The notes beneath the pieces were generated by a model. It did no database searches. It was given only the letters and a program-made list of their open reading frames with translations, and was not told where the DNA came from. This document shows positions 1-9,573 of a stretch of 64,000 bases of DNA, piece after piece. The position numbers were made by a program, and so were the translations under genes. Source of the stretch: an uncultured Gemmatimonadales bacterium (GTDB lineage: Bacteria; Gemmatimonadota; Gemmatimonadetes; Longimicrobiales; Longimicrobiaceae). The DNA lies in the NCBI GenBank assembly GCA_963716255.1, contig OY970303.1, forward strand, positions 3,680,001 through 3,744,000, written 5' to 3'. How positions within the stretch are numbered: position 1 is the first letter of the stretch; every line of letters begins with the position of its first letter.

Positions 1-1
1 G

Positions 2-640
2 GCGGCGGACCGGGCGCAGCTCAACCGCGGCGCCTACCACGCCTTCAGCCCGGGAACGGGGGACCTGGCCAACCCGCTCAGCGACCCCAGCGGCAAGACG
101 GTGGCCGACCCGCGGCTGCGCACCGACGCCGAGCTGCAGGCCAGCGGCCTGCGCGACGCCCGGTACCTGGCCAAGGTGGACTCCGGCTTCAACAACTCGC
201 TGCTGGACCTGCGCAGCGACCTGCGCTTCTCGCTGTACCTGACCAAGCCGTTCTACGGGTCGGGGCAGAAGGCGTCGCCCATCCCGCTGGTCCGCAACGA
301 GGAGCTGATCCTGCTGCGCGCCGAGGCGCGGTGGTTCACGGGCGACCGGACGGGCGCCACGGCGGACCTCAACTTCATCCGCCAGAACTCCGGGAACCTG
401 GCGCCCATCGCGCAGCCGGCGAACGACGACGCGTTCATCACGGCGCTGCTCAAGGAGCGCCGCTACTCCCTGATGTTCGAGGGGGCGCACCGCTGGATCG
501 ACCACCGGCGGTTCGGGCGGCTGCGCCAGCTGGACTCCACCAATGCGACGCGGCCGGGGGACAAGGTGTTCACCTACTTCCCGTACCCGACGGCGGAGTG
601 CGACGCGCGCAACATCAGTCCGTGCGTGGGGGTGAGCTAG
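2..640 (+). CDS. RagB/SusD-family nutrient-uptake outer-membrane protein, C-terminal part (5' truncated by window)
   Basis: Frame open from position 2; motifs PLVRNEELILLRAEA and LLKERRYSLMFEGAHRWIDHRRFG typical of the SusD C-terminus. Confidence 0.85.
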   Translation, partial: AADRAQLNRGAYHAFSPGTGDLANPLSDPSGKTVADPRLRTDAELQASGLRDARYLAKVDSGFNNSLLDLRSDLRFSLYLTKPFYGSGQKASPIPLVRNEELILLRAEARWFTGDRTGATADLNFIRQNSGNLAPIAQPANDDAFITALLKERRYSLMFEGAHRWIDHRRFGRLRQLDSTNATRPGDKVFTYFPYPTAECDARNISPCVGVS

Positions 641-662
641 AGAAAAAAACAACTGCGGGGGT

Positions 663-792
663 GGGCGTGCCCCCGGCTGGCGCCGGGGTCGGGCTTCGGC
701 TCCGTAAGCGAGCAAACTACGCTCGCTAACGGAGTCGAGCCCCCGCGAAACTGCCGCGGGGTCTCGCCCCTTCGGGCCGAAATCCCTCACGC
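663..792 (+). repeat. ~130-bp structured dispersed element, copy 1
   Basis: GGGCGTGCCCCCGGCTGGCGCCGGGGTCGGGCTTCGGCTCCGT...CCGAAATCCCTCACGC; recurs throughout the window. Confidence 0.95.
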
Positions 793-801
793 AACGGCAG
801 G

Positions 802-830
802 CCCCCTCCCCCGCAAGCGGGAGAGGGGGA
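802..830 (+). repeat. REP-like hairpin CCCCCTCCCCCGCAAGCGGGAGAGGGGG attached to element copy 1
   Basis: Imperfect palindrome; also at 30900, 40209 and 48925. Confidence 0.85.
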
Positions 831-838
831 GCCCTTCG

Positions 839-877
839 AAAGCCCGTTCCGGCGATGCTTGCCGGGACGGGCTTTTT
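839..877 (+). terminator. Probable intrinsic (possibly bidirectional) terminator
   Basis: AAAGCCCGTTCCGGC...GCCGGGACGGGCTTTTT stem with T-tract, between convergent genes. Confidence 0.7.
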
Positions 878-911
878 CGTCCGCGAGCCCGCGGACGCCA
901 GCACGATGCCC

Positions 912-1039
912 GCGTGAGGGATGCGAGCGCGAAGCGGCGAGACCCGCCGGCAGTTTGGCGGGGCTCGCCTCCGTTACGCACGGTTGTTTCGTGCGTTACG
1001 GAGCCGCAGCCCGACCCCGGCGCAGCCGGGGGCACGCCC
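912..1039 (-). repeat. ~130-bp structured element, copy 2 (divergent variant)
   Basis: Reverse complement of the consensus, with compensatory changes. Confidence 0.93.
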
Positions 1040-1077
1040 GCCTCCGCGGTCCACCGCTGTTCAAAGCGGTTCCGGGA

Positions 1078-1812
1078 TCAGTCCGCCGGCTGCGTCTCGG
1101 GCTTTCTGCCCAGCTTCGCCATGCGCGCCTGGCCGAAGGGGCACAGGTCCAGCACGGGGCAGCGCCAGCACTCGGGGGACTGGTGGTAGCAGCAGCGCTG
1201 GCCGTGGAGCATCAGCGCTTCGTGGTTGTCGTACACCTGCTGGGCGTCCCAGTCGGGGGGGAGCTGGGCTTCCAGCAGGGCATGGGCGGGGCCCACGGAC
1301 ACGCTGGCGGGGATCAGGCCCAGGCGCGCGGCCACGCGGTGGTGGTGGCTGTCCACCGGGAGGGCGGGGAGGCGCAGGCGGCTGAAGAGCAGGGTGGCGG
1401 CGCTGGTCTTGGGGCCCACGCCGGGCATGGACTCCAGCCAGTCGCGGGCCTCGCGCACCGGCAGCTCCGCCAGGAAGTCCAGCGACAGCTCGCCGCCGCG
1501 GCGGGCGGTGATCTCGCGCAGCACGGCCTGGATGCGCGGGGCCTTCTGCTCCGGCCAGGTGGCGGGGGACACGGCGTCCTGCACCGCGTCCACGGGCGCG
1601 TCGCGCGCCGCCTCCCAGGTGGGAAAGCGCTCGCGGAGCTGCCGGAAGGCGCGGCCGGAGTCGCGGTTCTTGGTGCGGTGGGAGAGCAGCGAGGACACCA
1701 GCTCGCTGAGCGGGTCCAGCTCGTGGAAGAAGGGGATGGGGCAGCCGTAGGCGGCGCACAGCCGCCGGTGCACCAGCATCGCCCTGTCGCGGAGGAGATC
1801 GGGGTCGCGCAT
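1078..1812 (-). CDS. Endonuclease III-like HhH-GPD DNA glycosylase with Fe-S motif
   Basis: HhH MPGVGPKTSA, PVDSHHHRVAARLG, C-terminal Cys cluster CCYHQSPECWRCPVLDLCP. Confidence 0.88.
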   Translation of the reverse strand: MRDPDLLRDRAMLVHRRLCAAYGCPIPFFHELDPLSELVSSLLSHRTKNRDSGRAFRQLRERFPTWEAARDAPVDAVQDAVSPATWPEQKAPRIQAVLREITARRGGELSLDFLAELPVREARDWLESMPGVGPKTSAATLLFSRLRLPALPVDSHHHRVAARLGLIPASVSVGPAHALLEAQLPPDWDAQQVYDNHEALMLHGQRCCYHQSPECWRCPVLDLCPFGQARMAKLGRKPETQPAD

Positions 1813-1872
1813 GGGGGCGGGGGCACGGCAAACCGCGGGCCGCGCCGTCCACGACGTCCATTTCCGCGCCGG

Positions 1873-2553
1873 TCAGTCGCCCCGGTCCAGGCGGCGGATG
1901 CCGCGGTTCAGGTGCCGCATCTCGCGCTTCTCGAGCCGCACCCGCTTCTTGGCCTCGCTGCGGCTTTCGCCGGGGAGGCGGGTGTGGATCTCCACCCCGC
2001 CCATGAGCGCGACCCCGCCCACGCGGATCACCGGCGCCCCCGGGTCCGGGGGGCCGGCGGCGAGGCGCTGCTCGTCGAACGCGCCCATGATCCCGATCCC
2101 CTCCACCTCCACCCGCACCCCGGGCGGCACGGTGATCTCCACCCCGCCCATGAGGGCGAACACCGTGACCTCCACGATCCCCGGTCCGAAGCGGGCCTCG
2201 CGGAAGTCCAGCTCCGCCCCGCCCATGATGGCGAACACGTGGAGCTGCCGCGGGGGCACCCAGCTACCCTTGCGGGTGGCGGCGCCCATCACCGCCACCA
2301 CCACCTGCTTGTCGCGCACCTCGGCCACCGGCGCCGTGAGCGTGGCGGGCGAGCCGGGGGCGTGCAGCGCGGGCAGGTCGGCGACGAGCACGTCCAGCTC
2401 CTGAAGCGACCGGGCGGCGTGCGCGCGGTCCAGCCGGTCCTCGAACTGGCCGTCGTCCAGGGCGTCGTGGGCGTAGTGCTCGCAGAGCTCCGTGATGACG
2501 CGCTCCCGCGCCTTGTCCAGCGCGGCGGGAGGGCGGGCGGGGAGGTCGCTCAT
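1873..2553 (-). CDS. DUF1707 (SHOCT-like) plus LiaF/DUF2154-like domain protein
   Basis: RERVITELCEHYAHDALDDGQFEDRLDRA; MGGAELDFREA and MGGVEITVPPGVRV repeats; start placed at ATG 2553. Confidence 0.8.
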   Translation of the reverse strand: MSDLPARPPAALDKARERVITELCEHYAHDALDDGQFEDRLDRAHAARSLQELDVLVADLPALHAPGSPATLTAPVAEVRDKQVVVAVMGAATRKGSWVPPRQLHVFAIMGGAELDFREARFGPGIVEVTVFALMGGVEITVPPGVRVEVEGIGIMGAFDEQRLAAGPPDPGAPVIRVGGVALMGGVEIHTRLPGESRSEAKKRVRLEKREMRHLNRGIRRLDRGD

Positions 2554-2756
2554 GGCGGGGTGCGGCTTCGGGTGCGGTCGTGAAGGGGCTGGGCGCGTCC
2601 GCCGGGCGCGGCGCTCCCACCCCTGGAACGTAGGCCCGGCGGGGGACGCGGGCAACCGCCGCGCGTCGCGGATGCAGCCGGGGATCAGGTCGGGCACACC
2701 TGTTGCACTGCTTCGCCACGGGGTTCGCTCATGGACTATCGATACGAGGAGAAACA

Positions 2757-2981
2757 ATGCGCGCCAACAGGCTTTTCTGGGTTCCGGTGCTCGCGGCGGG
2801 TCTGGTGATCGGTGGCTGCACGGCCGAGAAGACGCAGGAGGGCGAGATGCCCGACGTGGACGTCAAGGGCGGCCAGATGCCCAAGTACGACGTGGACGCG
2901 GCGGACGTGTCGGTGACCACGGACACGCAGAACGTGCAGGTGGTCACGCCGGACGTCGACGTCAAGGCGCCCAACAACTAG
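2757..2981 (+). CDS. Small lipoprotein (74 aa)
   Basis: AGGAG RBS; signal peptide ending VIGGC; QEGEMPDVDVKGGQMPKYDVD; terminator follows. Confidence 0.85.
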   Translation: MRANRLFWVPVLAAGLVIGGCTAEKTQEGEMPDVDVKGGQMPKYDVDAADVSVTTDTQNVQVVTPDVDVKAPNN

Positions 2982-3000
2982 CCGGACGCCGTCCGACCTC

Positions 3001-3043
3001 CCGCGCCGGACCCGTTCTCCAGGGTCCGGCGCGGTTTCTTTTT
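3001..3043 (+). terminator. Intrinsic terminator
   Basis: 13-bp stem CCGCGCCGGACCC/GGGTCCGGCGCGG followed by TTTCTTTTT. Confidence 0.85.
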
Positions 3044-3081
3044 GCGCCCCGTTCCCCACGCTCCTAATATCCCCGGGCGTC

Positions 3082-3138
3082 CCGCCGTCGCAGGCTGTGG
3101 CGCTGCACGCTGCGCGTGCACCGGATGAACCCTGTCCC
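3082..3138 (+). repeat. Second short dispersed repeat (~56 bp), copy A
   Basis: Near-identical to 45148-45203; core hairpin CACGC-TGC-GCGTG. Confidence 0.8.
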
Positions 3139-3154
3139 CTCTCTCCTGCCGTTC

Positions 3155-6100
3155 ATGTCCCTCCCCTGGCAGATCTGGATCGACACCGGCGGCACCTTCA
3201 CGGACTGCCTGGCGCGCGATCCGGGGGGAGGGCTCCGGCGCGCCAAGGTGCTGAGCAGCAGCGCGCTGCGGGGCACGGTGGTGGAGGCGCCGGACCCGCT
3301 GCGCGTGCGGGTGCGGGAGGACTGGGGCGCGCCGGCGGGGCTGGTGCGCGGCTTCGCGTTCCGGGTGCTGGGGGCGGGCGGGGCGGTGCCGGTGGAGGAC
3401 TACGACCCGGCGGAGGGCGTGGTTCGCCTGGCCGCGCCGCTCCCGGCGCCGCCCGCTCCCGGCGCGGCGTTCGAGGTGCGCTCGCCGGAGGAGGCCCCGG
3501 TGCTGGCGGCGCGGCTGGTGACGGGAACCCCGGCCGGCGCGCCGCTCCCCCCGCTCGCCATGCGGCTCGCGACCACGCGGGGGACCAACGCGCTGCTGGA
3601 GCGGCGCGGCGCGCCCACTGCGCTCTTCATCACCGCGGGGTTCGGCGACCTGCTGGAGATCGGCACGCAGCAGCGGCCCGACCTGTTCGCGCTGCGGGTG
3701 GCGAAGCCGGCGCCGCTGTACGCGGAGGTGGTGGAGGTGCCGGAGCGGCTGGTGGCGGACGGGAGCGTGCTGCGGGCGCTGGACGCGGACGCCCTCGCCC
3801 CGGCCGCCGAGCGGCTGGTGCGCGCCGGGGTGCGGGTGGCCGCCGTGGCGCTGATGCACGCCTTCCGCGATCCCGCGCACGAGCACGCCGTGCGCGACCT
3901 CCTCCTGCGCGCGGGCTTCGAGGCGGTGTCGTGCTCCGCCGACCTGGCCCCCTTCATCCGCCTCCTTCCCCGCGCGCAGACCGCGGTGGTGGACGCGTAC
4001 CTGGGGCCCGTGCTGCACGGCTACCTGCGCGGGGTGCAGGGCGCGCTGGGCGGCGGCCGGCTGCACGTGATGACCAGCGCCGGGGGGCTCGCGCGCCCGG
4101 AGGACTTCCGCCCCAAGGACTCGCTGCTCAGCGGCCCGGCCGGCGGCGTGGCGGGCGCGGCGCTGGCCGGGCGCCGCTCGGGGCTGGCGCGGGTGATCGC
4201 CTTCGACATGGGCGGCACCAGCACCGACGTGGCGCGCTGGGCGGGCGACTTCGAGTACGTGTGGGAGCACGAGGTGGGCGGCGCCCACCTCGTGGCTCCC
4301 GCCCTGGCCATCGAGAGCGTGGCCGCCGGGGGCGGCTCCGTGTGCGCCTCGGACGCGCAGGGGCTGCGCGTGGGGCCGGAGAGCGCGGGCGCCTCGCCGG
4401 GCCCGGCGTGCTACGGCGCCGGCGGCCCGCTCACCGTCACCGACGTCAACCTGCTTCTGGGGCGGCTGGACCCGGCGCGCTTCGGCATCCCCGTGGACCC
4501 CGCCCCCGCGGAGGCCGCGCTGGCGGCGCTGCGCCGCGAGCTGCGGGGGCGCACCGGGGAGGACGCGGGGCGCGAGCCGCTGCTGGCCGGCTTCCTGGAG
4601 ATCGCCGACGAGCGCATGGCCGACGCCATCCGCGGCATCTCGCTGCGGCGCGGCTACGACCCCGCCGAGCACGCGCTGGTGGCTTTCGGCGGGGCGGGGG
4701 GGCAGCACGCCTGCGGCGTCGCGGCGCGCCTGGGGATCCGCACCGTCGTGGTCCCCCCGGACGCGGGGCTGCTGAGCGCGCTGGGGATCGGCCACGCGCC
4801 GCTGGAGCGCTTCGCCGAGCGGCAGGTGCTGCGCCCGCTGGACGAGGCCGCGCCCCACGTGGCCGCCTGGATGGCCGCGATGGCCGCCGAGGCCGCCGCC
4901 GCCGTGGCGCGCGAGGGCGTGGCCCCGGAGGAGATCGTGGTGCGCCGCCGCATCGCCGGGCTCCGCTACGCCGGGCAGGACTCCACGCTGGCGGTGGAGT
5001 GGAGCCCCGGCACCGACCTCCATGCCGCCTTCGAGGCGCGCTACGCCGCGCTCTACGGCCACCGTCCCGAGCTCCGCCCGGCGGAGCTGGAGTCGCTGCG
5101 CGTGGTCGCGTCCACCCGCGCGGCGGACGAGGCCCCGCTCCCGCCGCCCGCCCCGTACGCGCCGGAGCCGGAGGGCCGCGCCTGCGCCTGGCTGGGCGGC
5201 GCCTGGCGCGACGCGCCCGTCTTCGACCGCGCGGGGCTGCGCCCCGGCGCGCGCGTCGCCGGCCCCGCGCTGGTGGTGGAGCGCCACAGCGCCACCGTGG
5301 TGGAGGTGGGGTGGGACGCGGAGGTGGACGGGGCGGGAGGGCTGGTGCTGCGGCAGGCCTTCGGCCAGCAGCCCTCACCCGGCTCGCTGGAGGCTCGCCA
5401 CCCTCTCCCGATTCCGGGAGAGGGGGCAACGGCGGCAGGCGGGGTCGAGGCCGTCCGCCTGGAGCTCTTCACCCACCGCTTCCGCGCGCTGGTGGGCGAG
5501 ATGGGGGAGCAGCTGCGGCGCACGGCACTTTCCGTCAACGTCAAGGAGCGGCTGGATTTTTCCTGCGCACTGCTGGACCCGGCGGGGGAGCTGGTGGTCA
5601 ACGCGCCGCACATTCCCGTGCACCTGGGGGCGCTGGGGCTGTGCGTGCGCACCGTGCGCGAGGCGGTCGCCATGGAGCCGGGGGACGTGGTGGTCACCAA
5701 CCACCCCGGCTACGGCGGGTCGCACCTGCCGGACGTGACCGTGGTCACGCCGGTGCACGACGGCGGGGGGCGGCTGCTGGGCTACGTGGCCAGCCGCGCG
5801 CACCACGCGGAGATCGGCGGCTCGCGCCCCGGCTCCATGCCGCCCGGCGCGGCCACGCTCGCCGAGGAGGGCGTGGTCATCGCCCCCATGCACCTGGTGC
5901 GCCGGGGGGAGGCGCGCTGGGCGGAGATGCGCGACCTGCTGGCGTCCGGCCCCCACCCCTCGCGCGCGGTGGAGGACAACCTGGCGGACCTGGCCGCGGC
6001 GGTGGCGGCGAACCACCGCGGGGCGGAGCTGCTGCGCGCGCTGGCGGCGGAGCACGGCGCGGCCACGGTGGGCCGCTACATGGACGGCCTGCAGGCGCGT

Positions 6101-6994
6101 GCGGAGGCGCGCGTGCGCCAGGCGCTGGCGCGCATCCCGGACGGAGCGTACGAGGCCGAGGAGCGCCTGGACGACGGCTCACCGCTGCGCGTGCGGGTGG
6201 AGGTGGCGGGCGACGCGGCGCGGGTGGACTTCGCGGGAACGGGGGGCGTGCACCCCGGAAACCTGAACGCCACGCCGGCCATCGTGCGCAGCGTGGTGCT
6301 GTACGTGCTGCGCCTGCTGGTGGACGAGCCGCTGCCGCTCAACGAGGGGCTGCTGCGCGCGGTGGAACTGCGCGTCCCCCGGGGGATGCTGCACCCGGAG
6401 TGGCCGGAGGATCCGGCGCTGGGCCCGGCGGTGGTGGGCGGCAACACGGAGGTCAGCCAGCGCCTCACGGACACTCTGCTGAAGGCGCTCCGGCTGGCCG
6501 CGTGCAGCCAGGGCACCATGAACAACGTGCTCTGGGGCAACGCCCGCTTCGGCTACTACGAGACGGTGTGCGGCGGGACCGGGGCGGGGCCGGGATGGGA
6601 CGGCGCGAGCGCGGTGCACTCGCACATGACCAACACGCGCATCACGGACCCGGAGGTGGTGGAGCACCGCTTCCCGGTGCGTGTGGAGCGCTTCGCGGTG
6701 CGGCGCGGCTCCGGCGGCGCGGGCCGCCGGCGCGGCGGCGACGGCGCGACCCGCGAGCTCGCCTTCCTGGAGCCGGTGTCGCTCTCGGTGCTCACCCAGC
6801 ACCGCGCGGAGGGTCCGTACGGCGTGGACGGCGGGGAGCCGGGCGCCCCCGGGCGCCAGCGCGTGATGCGCGCCACGGGCGAAACGCTTGAGCTGGGATC
6901 GGTGGACGGGTGCGAGGTGGGCCCCGGCGACCGCCTGCTGCTGGAAACCCCGGGCGGCGGCGGATGGGGGAGGCCCGGCGCGGACCCCGCGTGA
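3155..6994 (+). CDS. Fused hydantoinase A/B / ATP-dependent 5-oxoprolinase family protein
   Basis: WIDTGGTFTDC, LLSGPAGG, FDMGGTSTDV, SVNVKERLDFSCAL, SQGTMNN, TPGGGGWG; start placed at ATG 3155. Confidence 0.93.
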   Translation: MSLPWQIWIDTGGTFTDCLARDPGGGLRRAKVLSSSALRGTVVEAPDPLRVRVREDWGAPAGLVRGFAFRVLGAGGAVPVEDYDPAEGVVRLAAPLPAPPAPGAAFEVRSPEEAPVLAARLVTGTPAGAPLPPLAMRLATTRGTNALLERRGAPTALFITAGFGDLLEIGTQQRPDLFALRVAKPAPLYAEVVEVPERLVADGSVLRALDADALAPAAERLVRAGVRVAAVALMHAFRDPAHEHAVRDLLLRAGFEAVSCSADLAPFIRLLPRAQTAVVDAYLGPVLHGYLRGVQGALGGGRLHVMTSAGGLARPEDFRPKDSLLSGPAGGVAGAALAGRRSGLARVIAFDMGGTSTDVARWAGDFEYVWEHEVGGAHLVAPALAIESVAAGGGSVCASDAQGLRVGPESAGASPGPACYGAGGPLTVTDVNLLLGRLDPARFGIPVDPAPAEAALAALRRELRGRTGEDAGREPLLAGFLEIADERMADAIRGISLRRGYDPAEHALVAFGGAGGQHACGVAARLGIRTVVVPPDAGLLSALGIGHAPLERFAERQVLRPLDEAAPHVAAWMAAMAAEAAAAVAREGVAPEEIVVRRRIAGLRYAGQDSTLAVEWSPGTDLHAAFEARYAALYGHRPELRPAELESLRVVASTRAADEAPLPPPAPYAPEPEGRACAWLGGAWRDAPVFDRAGLRPGARVAGPALVVERHSATVVEVGWDAEVDGAGGLVLRQAFGQQPSPGSLEARHPLPIPGEGATAAGGVEAVRLELFTHRFRALVGEMGEQLRRTALSVNVKERLDFSCALLDPAGELVVNAPHIPVHLGALGLCVRTVREAVAMEPGDVVVTNHPGYGGSHLPDVTVVTPVHDGGGRLLGYVASRAHHAEIGGSRPGSMPPGAATLAEEGVVIAPMHLVRRGEARWAEMRDLLASGPHPSRAVEDNLADLAAAVAANHRGAELLRALAAEHGAATVGRYMDGLQARAEARVRQALARIPDGAYEAEERLDDGSPLRVRVEVAGDAARVDFAGTGGVHPGNLNATPAIVRSVVLYVLRLLVDEPLPLNEGLLRAVELRVPRGMLHPEWPEDPALGPAVVGGNTEVSQRLTDTLLKALRLAACSQGTMNNVLWGNARFGYYETVCGGTGAGPGWDGASAVHSHMTNTRITDPEVVEHRFPVRVERFAVRRGSGGAGRRRGGDGATRELAFLEPVSLSVLTQHRAEGPYGVDGGEPGAPGRQRVMRATGETLELGSVDGCEVGPGDRLLLETPGGGGWGRPGADPA
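5370..5426 (+). repeat. REP-like palindrome lying in-frame inside the hydantoinase gene
   Basis: AGCCCTCACCCGGCTCGC...CACCCTCTCCCGATTCCGGGAGAGGG; shorter intergenic copy on the minus strand at 40360-40388. Confidence 0.75.
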
Positions 6995-7119
6995 GGGATT
7001 CCGGCCCGGAGGGGCGAGACCCCGCGGGCAGTTTCGCGGGGGCTCGACTCCGTTACGCACGGTTGTTCCGTGCGTTACGGAGCCGAAGCCCGACCCCGGC
7101 GCCAGCCGGGGGCACGCCC
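6989..7119 (-). repeat. ~130-bp structured element, copy 3 (supplies the TGA stop of the hydantoinase gene)
   Basis: GCGTGAGGGAT...GGCACGCCC; TGA 6992-6994 lies inside the element end. Confidence 0.95.
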
Positions 7120-7166
7120 GAATTCGCAGTTGAAAGCTGTTTCGACCAACCTGCTGCGGAGGCGCG

Positions 7167-8699
7167 ATGAGCGAGGCAGAGGAACGGAGCACGGGCCTGG
7201 AGCGCGGGCTCGGGCTCGGGGACGCGACCATGCTGGTGATCGGGTCCATGATCGGCTCGGGGATCTTCATCGTCTCGGCGGAATCCACGCGCCTGGTGGG
7301 CTCGCCCGGGTGGCTCCTCGCCGCGTGGGCGCTCGCGGGGGTGCTGACCATCACCGGCGCGCTCTCCTGCGCGGAGCTGGCCGCGATGTGGCCGCGGGCG
7401 GGCGGGCAGTACGTGTTCCTGCGGGAGGCGTACGGGCCGGGGACGGGGTTCCTCTTCGGGTGGGGGCTCTTCCTCGTGATCCAGACGGGGACGATCGCCG
7501 CGGTGGCGGTGGCCTTCGCCTCGTTCCTGGGGGTGCTGGTCCCGGCGGTCTCGCCCGGCGTGCACCTGGTGCCGCCGGTGCACCTGGGGAGCTACGCGCT
7601 GACGCTGACCGTGCAGCAGGCGGTCGCCGTGGCGATGATCCTCCTGCTCACCGCCGTCAACACGCGCGGGCTCACGGCCGGCAAGCGCATCCAGAACGTC
7701 TTCACCGTCACCAAGACGGCGGCGCTGCTGGGGCTGGTCGCCGCGGGGCTGGTGCTGGGGTGGGGCGCCGGGAGCGCGGCGCTCGCCTCGTCGTGGTGGA
7801 ACCCGTGGGCCAACGGGTGGAGCCCGCGCGAGGCGCAGCCGGGCCTGGGCGCGGCCGGCGCCGCGGCGCTGGTGATGCTGCTGGGCCGGGCGATGGTGGG
7901 GCCGCTCTTCGCGCAGTCGGCGTGGAACAACGTGACCTTCGCGGGGGGCGAGGTGCGCGACCCGGGGCGGAACCTCCCGCGCGCCCTGCTGATGGGGTGC
8001 GCGGTGGTGGTCGCGCTCTACCTCCTGGCCAACCTGGCGTACGTGGCCGTGCTGCCGCTGGAGGGGATCCAGGGCGCTCCGCAGAAGCGCGTGGGCGTGG
8101 CGATGATGGAGCGCATCCTGGGCGCGCCGGGCGGGCTCTTCATGGCGGCGGCGATCCTGGTCTCCACCTTCGGCTGCAACAACGGGCTGATCCTGGCGGG
8201 GGCGCGGGTCTACTACGCCATGGCGCGCGACGGCCTCTTCTTCCGCCGCCTGGGGACGCTGAACGCGCGCCAGGTGCCGGCGGTGGCGCTCGTGGCGCAG
8301 GGGGTGTGGGCGGCGCTCCTCACCCTCCCCCGCACCGTGGCCGCGGACCCGGCCGGCGGGGCGCCGGTGTACGGCAACGTGTACACGCAGCTCCTGGAGT
8401 ACATCGTCTCGGTGGACCTGGTGTTCTATGCGCTGATGGTGGGAGCGGTGCTGGTGATGCGGCGGCGCCACCCGGAGCTGGCGCGCCCGTACCGCACCTT
8501 CGGCTACCCGGTCACCCCGCTGCTGTACGTGGCCCTCGCCGCGCTGCTGGTGGTGGACCTGGCGTACCTGACGCCGGCCACCTCCGGCATCGGCTACCTG
8601 CTGGTGCTCACCGGCATCCCGGTGTACCTGGCGTGGCGCCGGCGCTTCGCCGCCTCGCCGGAAAGCGCGCCGGCCGCGGGTCCGGTCACGGCGGGATGA
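7167..8699 (+). CDS. APC-family amino acid permease
   Basis: GSMIGSGIF, AELAAMWPRAGGQYVFLREAYG, EVRDPGRNLPRAL, RPYRTFGYP; many TM segments. Confidence 0.93.
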   Translation: MSEAEERSTGLERGLGLGDATMLVIGSMIGSGIFIVSAESTRLVGSPGWLLAAWALAGVLTITGALSCAELAAMWPRAGGQYVFLREAYGPGTGFLFGWGLFLVIQTGTIAAVAVAFASFLGVLVPAVSPGVHLVPPVHLGSYALTLTVQQAVAVAMILLLTAVNTRGLTAGKRIQNVFTVTKTAALLGLVAAGLVLGWGAGSAALASSWWNPWANGWSPREAQPGLGAAGAAALVMLLGRAMVGPLFAQSAWNNVTFAGGEVRDPGRNLPRALLMGCAVVVALYLLANLAYVAVLPLEGIQGAPQKRVGVAMMERILGAPGGLFMAAAILVSTFGCNNGLILAGARVYYAMARDGLFFRRLGTLNARQVPAVALVAQGVWAALLTLPRTVAADPAGGAPVYGNVYTQLLEYIVSVDLVFYALMVGAVLVMRRRHPELARPYRTFGYPVTPLLYVALAALLVVDLAYLTPATSGIGYLLVLTGIPVYLAWRRRFAASPESAPAAGPVTAG

Positions 8700-9334
8700 G
8701 CTTCGCGGGGCACCTGGAGGAGGCGCTGCACGTCAACCGCGAGCGCATGCCGCAGTACGCGAGGCTCACGGGCGGCGAGTCGGAACGGATCTCGCGGCGG
8801 CTGATCCGCTACGAGCGCCTGGCGCTCCCCCTGGCGCGCTGGGTGGACCGGCGGGCGCGGCCGTACAACGCGCGGGGGATCGGGGTGGTGGCGGACGACT
8901 TCGTCCCCATGGCGGGGACGCCGCGGTTCCGCGAGCGCTCGGCGGAGCCGCCGCTCCCGCTCTCCGCCTTCCGCCGCGCCGACGCCCGGCGGATCCGCGG
9001 CGCGCTGGCCGCCGCGCTGAAGGTGGACGGCTTCGCGGGAATCGCGGCGGCGCTCCGGGCGGAGCTGGCCGGACTGGAGGCCGTGCCCGGCTACCACTGC
9101 ATGCTGCGCCACCTGCTGGAGTCCATGCTGCGGGTCGCCACGCTCGCGCCGGCGCACGCCACGCGCGCGGAGGCGGCGGGGATGAAGAGCACGGCGGGCC
9201 TGTCGCGGCTCGTCCTTCGGCTGCACCTGTTCACCCTCCCGGACGCGGCGAAGCTGGACGCGCTCGCCGCGCCCATCCAGGCGCGGGGGATCCCCATCCT
9301 CTGCCAGGACGTCCCGCCGATCCCGCCGGAGTGA
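8696..9334 (+). CDS. Hypothetical protein with an internal two-fold repeat (212 aa)
   Basis: ATGA overlap with permease stop; coding-like GC3; halves end ARPYNARGIGVVADDFVPM and AAPIQARGIPILCQDVPPI. Confidence 0.75.
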   Translation: MSFAGHLEEALHVNRERMPQYARLTGGESERISRRLIRYERLALPLARWVDRRARPYNARGIGVVADDFVPMAGTPRFRERSAEPPLPLSAFRRADARRIRGALAAALKVDGFAGIAAALRAELAGLEAVPGYHCMLRHLLESMLRVATLAPAHATRAEAAGMKSTAGLSRLVLRLHLFTLPDAAKLDALAAPIQARGIPILCQDVPPIPPE

Positions 9335-9573
9335 CCCGGCGCGCCGCGCGCGCCGGAGCCGCGCGGCGGCGAGCGGCCGTGGCTGCGCCCGGGAGGGGAC
9401 GATTTCCTTGTCCCTCCGCATTGCGCGCTTTACAGTAGAGGCTGGCCGGTATGCACGGTGCCGATCCCGGTGCATACGGCCCGCGGCTCCTTCCCCTCCC
9501 GGAGCCGCCCTCGACCCGCCCGATCCTCCAGCCCCGGCCGACCGACCCCACCCCAGCGACGGAGCCACGGCTC

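Noticed and set aside
663..792. Element as a hammerhead ribozyme, tRNA or group II intron domain
   Set aside because: CCGAAA is present but there is no CUGANGA core on either strand, no T-loop/anticodon geometry and no domain V pattern; other ribozyme classes are not excluded
6888..7170. Recurrent short ORFs with GVPPAGAGVGLRLR, REGFRPEGARP or TEPKPDPGASRGHA
   Set aside because: Translations of the non-coding repeat; copies differ by frame-breaking indels and show base-pair rather than codon conservation
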